Of a stretch of DNA of 64,000 bases, positions 1 to 12,370 are shown in pieces (position 1 is the first letter of the stretch; each line of letters starts with the position of its first letter). The notes below the pieces were generated by a model. The model ran no database searches. It worked only from the letters and a program-made list of their open reading frames with translations, and had not been told where the DNA came from. The DNA is from Tubiluchus corallicola. Taxonomy: Eukaryota; Animalia; Priapulida. The DNA is taken from contig JAQGDQ010000524.1 of the NCBI GenBank assembly GCA_030141605.1, positions 62,001 to 126,000 of the forward strand. The letters run 5' to 3'. The position numbers were made by a program, and so were the translations under genes.

Positions 1-68
1 TAATTCTCTTTGGTATCAGCGCGGTGAGTTTCCATAATTTGTTAATGTCACTGCTTTCCTCGTAAAAT

Positions 69-320
69 AACAGTTTGCTATGTCAACATTTTAAGTAAGT
101 TGTTTGGACTTGGCATAGCAGCAACTTGGCTACGTATTAATAGACATTGGCTATTGATATGTAAAACAACAGTTAGCTATGTCAACAGTTTAAGTAAGTT
201 GTTTGGACTTGGCATAGCAGCAACTTGGCTACGTATTTTTGACATTGGCTATTGATATGTAAAACAACAGTTAGCTATGTCAACAGTTTAAGTAGGTTGT
301 TTGGACTTGGCATAGCAGCA
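69..320. repeat. Tandem repeat, ~98-99 bp unit, ~2.5 copies
   Basis: AACAGTT(T/A)GCTATGTCAACA..GTTGTTTGGACTTGGCATAGCAGCA recurs at ~69, ~168 and ~266. Confidence 0.9.
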
Positions 321-375
321 TATTAATTGATTACAAAGTGACGAATCACAGGATTGTGGTCACTAATTATTTTTT

Positions 376-1005
376 TAAGCAAAACCGGACCCAATCTTAA
401 ACTATAGGTCAAAACAATCTCCTCTTTAAAATATTGAAAGGAAACATTTCCAGAATGACTTATTAATAAAAGAAATGAATGAATGACAGAATTCTTACCA
501 CACAAACACAATTTCGTATTCATGCCACTAGTTCTTTGCTGTTACATGCATTTCACATTTCCCTAGTTAGACGGGCGCTGGCGCCTGCATTTCGAAAACG
601 CATTGCACAAAAACAGGTACTTTACCTTTCAGTTTAGACGTGTTAGTTTATGACGAACTGCACACGTTCGACAGTTCATGCGTGAGCACAGTGGTAAATT
701 TGAAATTTAAATTTGAATTTAAAAAATACCTAGTTTTAGTACAACACACTGAATATGTTACTGTAGCACTGCTCTTCAATTTTCGCTTTCCCAAACACGT
801 GCAATGCGCTCGTGGAATGTTTTTGCTGTTGAAAATTATGTTAGTTTGTGATGTCATCAATAGATGGACTCGCCAGCTATTAATTAAGTTTCTAATCTAT
901 TATTTAATTATCAGAAACGCTTTTGCAGTATTATTGGTGTTAAAATGTCTACTTTTTACCGTACTTGTAAATGATTAGTGTATGATAAATCATCCTGTCT
1001 TCCTT
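376..1005 (+). mobile_element. Dispersed non-autonomous DNA element, family A (Kolobok-like), copy 1
   Basis: Same ~620 bp sequence (AGCAAAACCGGACCCAATCTTAAACT...AAATCATCCTGTCTTCCTT) also at 10331, 43865, 45990 (reverse) and 46795. TTAA flanks with AG..CT ends in the best copies suggest Kolobok (inference). Confidence 0.7.
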
Positions 1006-1787
1006 ACATCGAGGCTTACTACGTACACAAGTCATTTATGTGGCTTCATATCATTGTAGTATAGCCAATCACGCTTGCAATACATCGTACACTAAAAATT
1101 TAAATAATTAATTGTGTTCTAATGATATTCTATACCATTCGAATATCAAACTAAAGCAGTTTGCCATTATAGTGACTTGCAAAGGGCAAACTATAATGAC
1201 ACATACTCTGTATATTGGATGTATCTTACCATCCATATTACAGCTAGTAGTGCAATTTCACACTTGCATTGTTTTTGAAACTCGCCCCTAGATGGCAGGC
1301 AAAACGTTCTTGTCACCATAGCAACGCCAACTTCAGCAATGCTCATTCCAGCAGCGTGAATCTACAGCGGGACAATGAACATAGGAGCTGCACGTCACAA
1401 ACACCATGGCAACCTTTTGTTCCTACTAAGCAGTGGCTTGCTGCTGTGTGAAATTTTACATTTTTTTTTTACAAATATCATTAGGGCACAGAAGGTTTAT
1501 GTCCAGCACTTGCACAAATAACATATTCTGGTTGATTATTTCATTAGCTATTTGAAGATGTTGCCTGTTTTTGTTTAAGTAGGAAAATAATTTAACTAGT
1601 TGAGAAAAATCCGCTGGTACTCCATGAAAACGCTTCATTTGCTGAACAAAACAACACAAAACACTGAATAAATTTACCCAAAACGCACAAAACCCGAAAA
1701 TGATCCTGACACGAGAATGTGATCTTTACAAAGCTTAAGAACCTTCCTTAATAAATCCTTTGTCTGGCAGTTTTTACCTGCAAATTC

Positions 1788-2045
1788 TCATTGTAACAAA
1801 ACTAACAAACGTTGTGTAAAAAGTAAAGTGTCTCAATGGCCACCAAGTTGATCATTGTAACAAAACTAACAAACGTTGTATAAAAAGTAAAGTTTCTCAA
1901 TGGCCACCAAATTGATCATTGTAACAAAACTAACGAACGTTGTGTAAAAAGTAAAGTTTCTCAATGGCCACGAAGTTGATCATTGTAACAAAACTAACAA
2001 ACGTTGTGTAAAAGTAAAGTTTCTCAATGGTCAGCAAGTTGATCA
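1788..2045. repeat. Minisatellite, 64 bp unit x ~4
   Basis: TCATTGTAACAAAACTAACAAACGTTGTGTAAAAAGTAAAGTTTCTCAATGGCCACCAAGTTGA repeated. Confidence 0.9.
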
Positions 2046-2151
2046 GGCACAACAATTGCACTATTTGCAGTCACTTGCTTCTACGCTTGCATCTACACTT
2101 GAGAACCATCTGTCATCTGCTTATGATTTTCAATCTTTTCTGCCTTTTCAG

Positions 2152-3738
2152 TTGTGGTGTGCAGCCACCGCATCTGCGCCGGGGTACCTCACGAACACAA
2201 AGTCGTTTTACCCTCCTTCCGAGGACGAAATTGAAGAGGACGACGACCTCTATCACGACGGCAAGGATGACCGTGGGCTATTTGGCGTAATCGTAAAGCA
2301 ACAAGGTAACCATCAGCGCAGCCAATCTGCCGTTAGAGAAGAGAAGACCGGTTATGGCCAAGCGCATGAGGGCTACATAGGAACTGTCAGCGGTGCTCCA
2401 TATGGAAAGAATGAGTTCTACGGACGTTTGAGGCAAATCTTCAATCCGGGTGATTATCCGCACGAAGAAGAGGGAGAGGAAGAGACCGAATCAGTTTATC
2501 CTCGTATTTACAACAAACCTAATCCGAAAAGGCGACCACATAAGAAAACGGGTTACTATAATCACCCTATAACCACGGACACGACCACGACGGGCACAAC
2601 AAGCCATTACTATGATACCACTACCACTCCATATGAAACCACGACAACTTCATATTATGACACTACAACTACCGAATATGGACCTCCAAGGCGCAAGCAC
2701 CGTTATCCACCCCATCGAGGTAAAAAAGAAAAAGAGGAAAGTCGTGGATATGGAAAGAAAAAGAAGAGCAGTTATGGGGATGGACAGGGATACGGAAGCA
2801 CAGGGGGAGGTAGTGGATATGGCAGCAGTGGAGGTGGAAGTGGACATAGCAGCAGTGGTGGTGGAAGTGGATATGGCAGCAGCGGTGGTGGAAGTGGATA
2901 TGGCAGCAGTGGTGGTGGAAGTGGATATGGTAGCAGCAGAAAAAATAAAGGTGGCAGGAGACATAGTGGATACGGAAGCAGAAGAAGCAGTGGCGGACAT
3001 GGAAGTGGGGGAGGAAGTAGTGGTTATGGAAGTGGTGGAGGAACCACAGGATATGGTGGTGGAGGAGGTAGTGGTTACGGAAATGGAGGAGGTGGAGGTG
3101 GTTACGGAAGTGGCCAATCGGCTGTCGGTGTCAATGTTAATAGCGGTGGCTTCTTTGGAACCTCTATTGATCAAAATTGTGGTTTTGGTGGATGTGGAAA
3201 CGTTAACCAAGGATATGGTAACAACAATGGGTATGGTTCTGATGACCAAGGATATGGATCTGGATCAAAAGGTGGGTATGGAGGCAATGATGGGTACGGT
3301 TCTGATGACCAAGGATATGGATCTGGATCAAAAGGTGGGTATGGAAGCGATGATGGGTACGGTTCTGATGACACAGGGTATGGTTCAAACGATTCCGGAT
3401 ATGGTTCCAACAATAATGGGTTTGGAGTCGGCACTAGTAGTGGACAATGTGGATTTGGTGGATGTGGACTTTCTGGCAATGGAATCGGAAACTCGGCTTC
3501 TGGATTTGGCACTAGCCAGGTTGGAGTAGCTGGCTACGATCCAAATTTCGGTAATAACGTTAGGATTGAACAGGGATCCTTAGGTAGCTTCGACTTTAGT
3601 GTATTTGACGACGACGATGGTTATGGAGGCGGAGGCCGGAGTAGAGGCCATGGTGGGCGCTCAAAGAAACACAGCAAAGGTTACGGGAAAAGTCGAAGTA
3701 GAAAAGGAAAGCAAAGCACAGGATATGGAAACCATTAA
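2152..3738 (+). CDS. Terminal exon of a Gly/Ser/Tyr-rich low-complexity protein (probably secreted cuticle/eggshell/adhesive-type structural protein); start exon not identified
   Basis: Polypyrimidine acceptor TCTTTTCTGCCTTTTCAG ends at 2151. The frame is then open for ~528 codons to TAA 3738 and begins LWCAATASA (signal-peptide-like end). Contains acidic, Thr-rich, Lys/Arg/His-rich blocks, GGGSGYGSS and GYGSDD repeats with synonymous codon variation, and CGFGGCG twice. Confidence 0.8.
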   Translation: MWCAATASAPGYLTNTKSFYPPSEDEIEEDDDLYHDGKDDRGLFGVIVKQQGNHQRSQSAVREEKTGYGQAHEGYIGTVSGAPYGKNEFYGRLRQIFNPGDYPHEEEGEEETESVYPRIYNKPNPKRRPHKKTGYYNHPITTDTTTTGTTSHYYDTTTTPYETTTTSYYDTTTTEYGPPRRKHRYPPHRGKKEKEESRGYGKKKKSSYGDGQGYGSTGGGSGYGSSGGGSGHSSSGGGSGYGSSGGGSGYGSSGGGSGYGSSRKNKGGRRHSGYGSRRSSGGHGSGGGSSGYGSGGGTTGYGGGGGSGYGNGGGGGGYGSGQSAVGVNVNSGGFFGTSIDQNCGFGGCGNVNQGYGNNNGYGSDDQGYGSGSKGGYGGNDGYGSDDQGYGSGSKGGYGSDDGYGSDDTGYGSNDSGYGSNNNGFGVGTSSGQCGFGGCGLSGNGIGNSASGFGTSQVGVAGYDPNFGNNVRIEQGSLGSFDFSVFDDDDGYGGGGRSRGHGGRSKKHSKGYGKSRSRKGKQSTGYGNH

Positions 3739-3970
3739 TCCACCGGATTAAATTTAAAAGCATTAATGATAATCTATTAGACTTGAATCGTTTTCCTAAA
3801 TGATTCTTTTTTAATATACGAATGTGGCCTATAATTTTGTCACGTGACCCACGAAGCAGTTACAGAGGCCTATTAAGAGTTACTTGTTTTACAAGATCAT
3901 AGAGTTTTATAGATGTACACAGTATTTCTATCAGCCTGAAAAAGTCTTCTCAACGCAGTACAACTTTTCT

Positions 3971-4142
3971 TTAATAATGTCAAAACTGTTAAAAGCATTC
4001 AGCTGCAAGCAATAACAGCCAGTCTGCATTGCTACACAGTGACGTCACAATTTGACATCACATGTAGTGAGTCATTGTGTGCAGCTATGCATGACTGAGC
4101 GGGCATACCGTTTAATGCTTTCATCAGTTTTGACATTATTAA
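3971..4142. mobile_element. Small MITE / foldback with ~29 bp terminal inverted repeats
   Basis: TTAATAATGTCAAAACTGTTAAAAGCATT ... AATGCTTTCATCAGTTTTGACATTATTAA. Confidence 0.55.
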
Positions 4143-4942
4143 CAGTAGTTAATAAGGAAGTTAAACTGCTTACGTTTTTAACACCCCTTTAATAAAGTCA
4201 TTAACTTGTGGCCTGTAAACAAAGTGGTTAAGCATTTAACACTGCCGAAACTCATCATTTCTTCAGCAGCCACAAACTACTGAAGTGAAAATGTACTATC
4301 ACCATATGTACTAGTTATAAAGATACTATAATCAAGGGTAAGTCATCTACTATTGATAACTGTCAAAGAGTTAGCAATAAATTCATTTGTAAATAGCATT
4401 TCTGCAAAGTTGTAATTTGCACAATTGTACAAAAGCTTATCATGTGTATATTTATTATATTTACTCATTATTTTTACTTATTATTTATTTATAATTAGTT
4501 ATTTAACAAAATAAACTCGCGTACAGTACCCATTTTTTGAAAAAGATCGTCGACAAATTCAATCTCTAGCCTTACAACAAATGTTCTTTAAACTGTTTGG
4601 TTTTTTAAAATCTCAGATGAGTTTAAACTCTCCAAGAACGATACATTTACTAATTGTTATTCATAACCTTAATTAAATTTAATTTACCATTAAATAATTA
4701 TTTGCAAATCTGCTAAACTAGGCTTAGTCTGGTAGACCTGTTCTAGTTGTTAGGTAAACGTTAGGCTGCATTGATTGTGACCAAATTCGCGCTGTTGTAC
4801 GAAATCCTGGTGCTATGATACGCATTAAGTTACAAATAGAACAACTGTACGTTTTCTGTGAAATATTGTAGAACGAAAATCATTAACAATGACATGATTT
4901 TTGAATTACGAAGTTCATGTTCAAGTTTTGTTGTTTGTTGTG

Positions 4943-5155
4943 TCATCATCATCGTCATCATCATCATCATCATCATCGTCGTCGTCGTCGTCATCATCAT
5001 CATCATCATCATCATCTCAATCTCAATATCAATGCCTGTAATTACTGGCCAAAACTGCATGTACATTATTTTCTAATTAATGCACTTTAATGTATGTTAA
5101 TGCACTCAGAAAAGTACTAATGACGATTTATTATTATTGATCAAAATCATCATCG

Positions 5156-5201
<46 letters not shown>

Positions 5202-5705
5202 TTATCACCATCATCATCATTATCACCATCATCATCATCGTCATCATCGTCATTATCATCATCATCATCATCGTCGTCGTCATTATCACCATCATCATCA
5301 TCGTCATCATCACCATCACTCATCATCAACATGCAATCAGAGGTCCAAAATGTATATACGTTCATTCTAATAATTCTAATAATAATAATTAATAATTAAG
5401 TATGTTAATGCCTTCACAAGACGTACTAGCAAAGATTTATTATTATTAACTAAAATCATACCATCATTATTGTCGCCATAGACATCATTATCATCATCAT
5501 CATCATCATCACCATCATCCTCATTATTGTCGCCGTCGTCGTCATCATCATCATCACCATGATCATTATCATCATCATCATCATCATTATCACCATAATC
5601 ATCACCATCATCATTATCACCATTATCGTCACCATAATCATTATCATCATCATCGAAACCCTCAACATCATCATCATTATTGTCACCATCGTCATCATCG
5701 TCACT
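4943..5705. repeat. Three degenerate (ATC)n microsatellite tracts
   Basis: ATC/GTC/ACC triplet runs at ~4943-5015, ~5147-5330 and ~5460-5705. Confidence 0.95.
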
Positions 5706-6384
5706 GCTACATCTATAGCATTCATGAATCACTGTTATTTTAACAATACGATTAGCTCTTACGTAATGCAGTAGTTAAACAAAGGACGTGAATGTGTACA
5801 GAGATCATTTTAATTTCCTGCAAAATGTTTTTGTAACGAATCATAAAATCTTCGTGCAGCTACACTTTATATCTGTCTGTTATTGGCCCAATTAAATAGT
5901 CAAAATGCAAATTATTTTCATTACAAAAACAATTCAGAAGATCAAATACTAAATTTCGTTCTAAACAAACTTTTCAGCCAACACTTAGAAAAGCAGTGCC
6001 ATAAATTTTGTGTTCTGAGCCAAGTAAAATTATTCAAAAAAACGCGAATTTTATGTTGCAAAAAACATATACATTTTTCAGTCGTTTTCATTTAGCTTAA
6101 GGCCCAAGAAAGCAGAATTTTTGCACAAGACTAAAATCACCTTGAAATTTTCTATCACTTTCTTTTCGTCTTATTGCATACAGGGCTTACGTTAGCCGTA
6201 ATGCTGCATAAAATCTGTAAATTTAAACTTGGGTTTAACGCAGTTATTTTAATGGTAAGTCGTTTGAAACGTGTTTAGATAACATTGTATAAAGTTCGAA
6301 AAAATAATCAGAGCATTCTTAGCACTTTCTTCACTAACTAAACAAAAGTAAAATTACTGTATCTTATCATTAAGATTAATTATA

Positions 6385-6757
6385 CAGTCTTCCCTCGCTA
6401 CTTCGCGGTTCGTTTATCGCGGACTCGCTGTTTCGCGGATTTTCAAAAATATTGATGTAAAATATTTATCGCCGTATTTTCGCTGTTTCGCGGGTTTTTG
6501 CGGTACTCCGTCTAAAGTATTTTTGCACATGCGTAGTACGTATTGTACAGTAATGTATGGATTTGATGAATTTTGCACAAAAAATCACAAAATGTAAAAA
6601 AATATATTAAAAATGTTAATTATAACATTAAAGGAATATCATAAATCATAAAAAATTAACATTTACAGTAAATAGTGTATCTCCCTACTTCGCGGAAATT
6701 CACTTATCGTAGGTGGGCATGGAACGGAACACCCGCGATAAGTGGGTGGGGACACTG
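6385..6757. mobile_element. Tc1/mariner-pogo (Tigger-like) MITE
   Basis: TA|CAGTCTTCCCTCGCTACTTCGCGG ... CCGCGATAAGTGGGTGGGGACACTG|TA: imperfect CAGT TIRs with a TA TSD. Confidence 0.75.
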
Positions 6758-7014
6758 TATGTTTTTTTGGCAACGAGTGACATTTTTTATGCACATTGAG
6801 GTTGTGAAGATAGTGCAATAATGGAACAGTGATTTCAAATTATTAAGAATTTTTCTTTTCTACATACATAAGAAGTCTTTCAAACAGGTAGGTGCAATGC
6901 TAAGTAAAATAACTTTGTAAGTTAGCTATACATATGTATGTTTGTACATACATCGCAGGACAAAATCGCAAGACGTCATACTCTTACAGGCATTACAGAA
7001 TTTAAATACAGTCA

Positions 7015-7485
<471 letters not shown>

Positions 7486-8067
7486 ATGTATATATAATAA
7501 ATAATATATTACTTCATTTTTTATTTCATATTATTTGTTTCAGCCACCAATGTGAACCAGCTTAGAACAGTCTACACTAACTTCAGTCTAATATACCTCA
7601 AGCTCTCTACAAATTCAACCCTTCCATGCTATCAGCTAAAAGCTTCGACAAATTTACAGTACAGCTGTTCTGACAAAAGTTGAACGAAACCAAATTTATA
7701 TATCAAATTTATATATATATATAAATTCAATATATTATATAATATAGTATATTATTTAGTATATACTATAAATACTATATACTAATATATACTTTGTATA
7801 TATTAATGATTGTGTATATACAATTTGTGTATATATTAGTAATATACCATACAGTGTGTAATAATTACAGGGAATACTTGTACAGTATCTTTTTGGATGT
7901 TGCAAATTTCTAAAACTCTAGATATTGAAGCTGGATTGACAACAAATTGTCGAACTTGTTAGATTAAGAAACTCAACTACAGTAAGGCAAGTTATAACCG
8001 TTTTGACGCATTCAAAGAACAGCTTGAGAAGGAGAAGATGATCTTCCTGAGTTATTTTACTGCTTAA

Positions 8068-8737
8068 TGAAAAGGGGTACCTGACGTGGGTTACAGTAAA
8101 ATCGTAGCAAAAAATGATACTACTTTATTAGCAATCTTACGCATATGTCGTACGTTAAAAGGAATTTTTGTTTGTCTTCATTTTAAATCTCCCACAATAC
8201 TGTTCCGATGGCGCCATTACGTGACGTCATACACGCTCAACGTAAATCAGGAGAAGAAAAGGAAATGTTGAACTTTGTCCCTAAAAACTTTCCACGCAAA
8301 TCTATATATTACTTAGCACTTCGCTTACCTGCTGGAAAGACTTATGTAACTAGAAAAGAAAATTATTAATTATTTGAAATGTTTTCACCAATTGGTAAAA
8401 TTTCGCTGACTCTCCTCCGGGGTGCACCACTTATTAACCAAAAAAACGTATTTTTAATCTTACTGACGAGATACAGTAATTAAAAATTTACTCAGTTAGT
8501 AACATGTATGCTACGACTGCTCTGATCATTTTTTTCAAACTTTAATCAATGTTATCTAAACTTGTTTCAAACGACCTACCATTAAAATGCCTACGCCTAA
8601 CGGTCAGTTAGGGGGGAGTTTAAATTTACATTAAATTTAATGGGACGACCTACCGACGCAAGCCCTACATGCAAAAGGAAGTGTGTAATTCAAGACGGAT
8701 TTTTTAAAATTTAGTACAGAGTTTTCTTGACCTTTAA
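8068..8737 (+). mobile_element. Dispersed non-autonomous element, family B (Kolobok-like), copy 1
   Basis: AAAGGGG(T/C)ACCTGA...GGCGCCATTAC(G/A)TGACGTCATA...TTTTCTTG..CTTTAA; also at 35728-36388 and 53525-54056. Confidence 0.7.
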
Positions 8738-8951
8738 GGGGAAAAAGCATATCGATGCGTCGCTAGTATAAGGCCTCGGGTTCAAGACCTCGTTGGTAAC
8801 TTTTCTAACGGAAAACGACTTTTTTTCGTTCCAACAACATGATATGCATTTTCTACAATTTTTTTTTTCGGCGACATTTTATTATAGCAAAAACAACACA
8901 ACTTCCATCAAAATTAATAGTTTAAGGTCTTTAGCGATAAATTTGTATCTA

Positions 8952-9094
8952 TCACCGTCGGTAGATGGCGAACCTGTCAGCAGTTTCGTCTGGGAAATTT
9001 TTGAAGTAATTGGTAAATTCTGCAGCTTTCATCTTCATTTTGTCTGGTAATCTCGTCGCAGACACTGTACACGTTTTGTCAAAGTTGCACGATT
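8952..9094 (-). CDS. Oxytocin/vasopressin-type neurophysin precursor, coding exon 3
   Basis: Acceptor TTTTCATTTTCTAG, phase 1, reads (E)SCNFDKTCTVSATRLPDKMKMKAAEFTNYFKNFPDETADRFAIYRR-TGA. It supplies neurophysin Cys 13 and 14. Not in the ORF track; found by manual translation. Confidence 0.9.
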
Positions 9095-9140
9095 CTAGAA
9101 AATGAAAATGAAAAATAATAAAGTCTAAACGTTTTGTTAA

Positions 9141-9743
9141 CCCTTATAGGGTCACCGGGGGGTAAAAATTACCCCCAGACTGGTTTTTTGCATTTTACCC
9201 TTTTACCATACGCATCCCAGTAAACCTTTTCTATGACTTTTTCTAAATATGTTTTGTGCACAAAATACTTTCAGTTATTTATTTTAGGCGCATTGTCTCA
9301 CCACGAAATAAAAGTGAAAATGCAATATGTCGATTTTTTAAAATTGTCGAAACTTTACTTCGCTTGTCTATACATTATACGGGCGATGTATCTGATAAAA
9401 CAAAATGTCAGTTATTCAAATTACTCCACGTTAAAGAAGAAAGCTGCAGACAATAAATTCAAAATAACAATGATTTTTGCACACGCGCTGCAATGTCGGT
9501 TGTCTACAGTTATTCCAGCTTAGATAAGGGAACGTAACTAAGTGAATTTAAATTTCGTATTACTAGTAAGTCACACGTCTTTAAGCAGAGGTATAATGTA
9601 TCCTACGGTGGTCAGCATAACCACAAATTATGCTGTTGCTGTTTACTAATGAAACACGGCGGTTTAGCAAAAGTAGTTTACGAATTATGTTGGGGGTAAT
9701 TTTTCACCAAAATCGGTTGTAAAAAATCGTAACCCTATAAGGG
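9141..9743. mobile_element. piggyBac-type MITE, family C, copy 1
   Basis: TTAA|CCCTTATAGGGTCAC ... GTAACCCTATAAGGG|TTAA; near-identical internal sequence at 28143-28739. Confidence 0.85.
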
Positions 9744-9794
9744 TTAACTGATTGTACTTATAATTGTTTTTTAAGTTCTTATGCAGACTGTCTT

Positions 9795-10190
9795 TTCAAT
9801 CAAGTACTCATTAATAAACAACTTATGCTAGAATCAACTATACGTACTGCTGTAATAACTGTAACACTACACTAATTGTATTAATTCCACATGTATTGGA
9901 TTTCTGAATTAAGTAGCAACATTGTACATTACAATGGACAACTTATACTTTTCATGGGCCTATAGGCTTATGTACATCGAGAATCGTTTCTGTTATCGTA
10001 CCTATTGTATGGGTTTTGTCAATTTCAATTATGTATTAACTAATGAACTAGTCGTATTTTTGAATTAACTATTTTGAGTTATTACATACTCGAACTAACT
10101 AATTGTATATTTCATCACTGCACATAGTGGAAATACTGTGATCAGTAATAGTTACTGTGTTGTAAATCTGCTCAAAATAAATAACGTTTA
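9795..10190 (+). mobile_element. Dispersed AT-rich repeat (probable non-LTR retrotransposon 3' UTR or SINE tail), family D
   Basis: Same sequence at 56200-56605, partial at ~45090-45165 and ~46450-46780; ends in AAATAAATAA. Confidence 0.6.
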
Positions 10191-10330
10191 TATATATATA
10201 TATATATATATATGAACGAAAATGAAAATAAAACAACGTTGTTAAGATAAATGAAAACAACGTCATTGTTGTCGCCATGACAACAATTGGAAAAGAAGTT
10301 ACTATTCTACGAAGTGAAAATAAACGTTAA

Positions 10331-10951
10331 AGCAAAACCGGACCCAATCTTAAACTGTAGGTCAAAACAATCTACTCTTAAAACTATTGAAAGGAAACAT
10401 GGTATTCTTTTCAAAAATGACTTACGTGAAAGAATTATTATCACACAAACATAATTTCACGTTCACACCGCTAGTTCATCGCTGTTACATGCATTTCGCC
10501 ATTGGCTAGTTACATGGGCACTAGCGCCTGCATTTCGGAAATGCATTGTACGAAAACAGGTGCTGTACCTCTCAGTTCACAGGTGTTAGTTTGTGACGAA
10601 CTAGACACGTTCGATAGCTCATGCGTGAGTACAACGGTAAATTTGAAATTTGAATTTTTTCCTAAAAACTTGCTTAGTTTTAGTACAACACACTGAATAT
10701 GTTACAGTAGCACTGTACTTCAATTTTCGCTTTCACAAACACGTGTAACACACTTGCGGAAGATTTTTGCTGCTGAAAATTATGTTAGTTTGTGATGTCA
10801 TCAATTGTTGTGCTTACTCGCCATTAATTATCTATCTATAATGTACAACTTAACTATCAGAAACGCTTTTGCAGTATTAATTGTGTTAAAATGTATACTT
10901 TTTACCGTTCTTGGAAATGGAGTAGTATATGAAAAATCATCCTGTCTTCCT
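10331..10951 (+). mobile_element. Family A (Kolobok-like) element, complete copy
   Basis: TTAA|AGCAAAACCGGACCC ... CATCCTGTCTTCCT|TTAA. Confidence 0.75.
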
Positions 10952-11202
10952 TTAAGCAAAAACCCATATATTTTTATCAACCATAACTCTCCTTTTTATA
11001 ACTGAAATGGATTTAACATGGAATCTTATAGAATCTTAGTAATATAATTTTTGTTAATTCTGTCCCTACAAAGTATGTGCTGCCCCCTATTAGCAGGATA
11101 CTTAATCACTATTCAACAACCGAATCTAGAAATTTCTTTCAACATTTATTACTGTCCAATGCGACTTATTAACTCTGCATCTGGACCGCACCGTGTGCTT
11201 AG

Positions 11203-11260
11203 TGACTGAAGTTAAGCAACACTGTGCCTAGTCAACGAATATGGGGTTACCTTATGGGTT
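11203..11260 (+). pseudogene. Possible 5S rRNA-derived fragment (degenerate 5S or SINE3 head)
   Basis: GACTGAAGTTAAGCAACACTGTGCCTAGTCAACGAATATGGGGTTACC resembles the 5S internal control region (GAAGTTAAGC..GCCTGGTTAGTACTTGGATGGGTGACC). Confidence 0.3.
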
Positions 11261-11583
11261 CAATACCTTTCTGGTGTGTGACTGAGCGGTTTTGTCCGAA
11301 TTTTAATTCTGACCTTTTTTCTTATAAAGTAAGGATGTATTCTTCTCCGAATGTAGCCAAGGCATGTCTGCCACATCAGTGTATCATTTTCAAGAAATAA
11401 CATTAATAACGCTCTAGGTTACGGTTCTGCTACAAACGCAAGCATAAAGTTGACCATGCTATTGAATGATGCGTCTAGCTCTCGGGGTGCCGAGCTGAAT
11501 AAATGTTTGGCTTAAAACTTCACTGTGCAATAGCAGAAATCTCCCCCCCCCCCACACCCCGCCCCCCAGGTAACGTTGCCTAC

Positions 11584-11788
11584 CTTCATTACAGCAAATC
11601 CCGTCAGCAGCGCAGCGCCCTCGCCCGGTGATACATGGTACTCCTTTTGGTGCGCAAAGGATTGGAATTGTGTTCTCTTCTGAGCATGTCTTACTTTCTT
11701 GTGTTCGTATGAAGCAGCCAATTAGCTCACCGCAACAAATGTCTGGACCAAAACAATGTCCGAGATACCCTGGACCACATCTCAAACA
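11584..11788 (-). CDS. Oxytocin/vasopressin-type neurophysin precursor, coding exon 2 (neurophysin core)
   Basis: TTTTTCCAG|CLRCGPGYLGHCFGPDICCGELIGCF...CSEEN...CAADGICCNE-G|GTAGG; 205 nt, 12 Cys, phase 0 to phase 1 as in known OT/VP genes. Confidence 0.95.
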
Positions 11789-11820
11789 CTGGAAAAATAT
11801 CATTGTTTACTTTGTGAACA

Positions 11821-12075
11821 TCATGTCATCATCATCATCATCATCATCACCATCACCATCATCGTCATCGTCATCATCATCACCATCATCATCTGTAAAT
11901 ACATACATACATACATAAATAGATACATACATACATACATACATACATACATACATACATACATACATACATACATACATACATACATACATACATACAT
12001 ACATACATACATACATAGATATACATACATACATACATATACATACATACATACATGCATACATACATACATACA
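11821..12075. repeat. (ATC)n + (ACAT)n microsatellites
   Basis: Directly visible. Confidence 0.95.
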
Positions 12076-12164
12076 TGCCACATGTCAGGCTGCCAAGTAT
12101 GTGTACCAAAATCAATGACGTCATCACATCTTGTCATGCTGGATTTGCGATGATCATTTGTTGT

Positions 12165-12370
12165 CACGTTTTTGTTACAGTTGTTACATTTTGTTACCAT
12201 TCTGTTACACACTTGTTACGTTTTGCTACAGTTTTGTACACATTGTCACCTTTATTGCGTTTGTTACATTTTGTCACCGTTCTGTTACACACTTGTTACG
12301 TTTTGTTACAGTTTTGTACACACTGTCACCTTTGTTGCGTTTTGTTACAGTTACGATACAGTTTTGTTAG
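12165..12370. repeat. TTGTTAC-rich minisatellite (~72 bp higher-order unit)
   Basis: TTCTGTTACACACTTGTTACGTTTTG..ACAGTTTTGTACACA recurs at ~12200 and ~12280. Confidence 0.7.

Noticed and set aside
1406-1429. ACCATGG as the start of the Gly-rich gene
   Set aside because: Stops after 7 codons with no donor; first exon not identified
2612-3529. Overlapping 305-aa (+) and 199/113-aa (-) ORFs
   Set aside because: Shadow frames of the Gly-rich repeat exon
7600-7669. Alternative neurophysin exon 3 (NSCTVN...)
   Set aside because: Wrong phase and only one Cys; 9094-8952 fits far better
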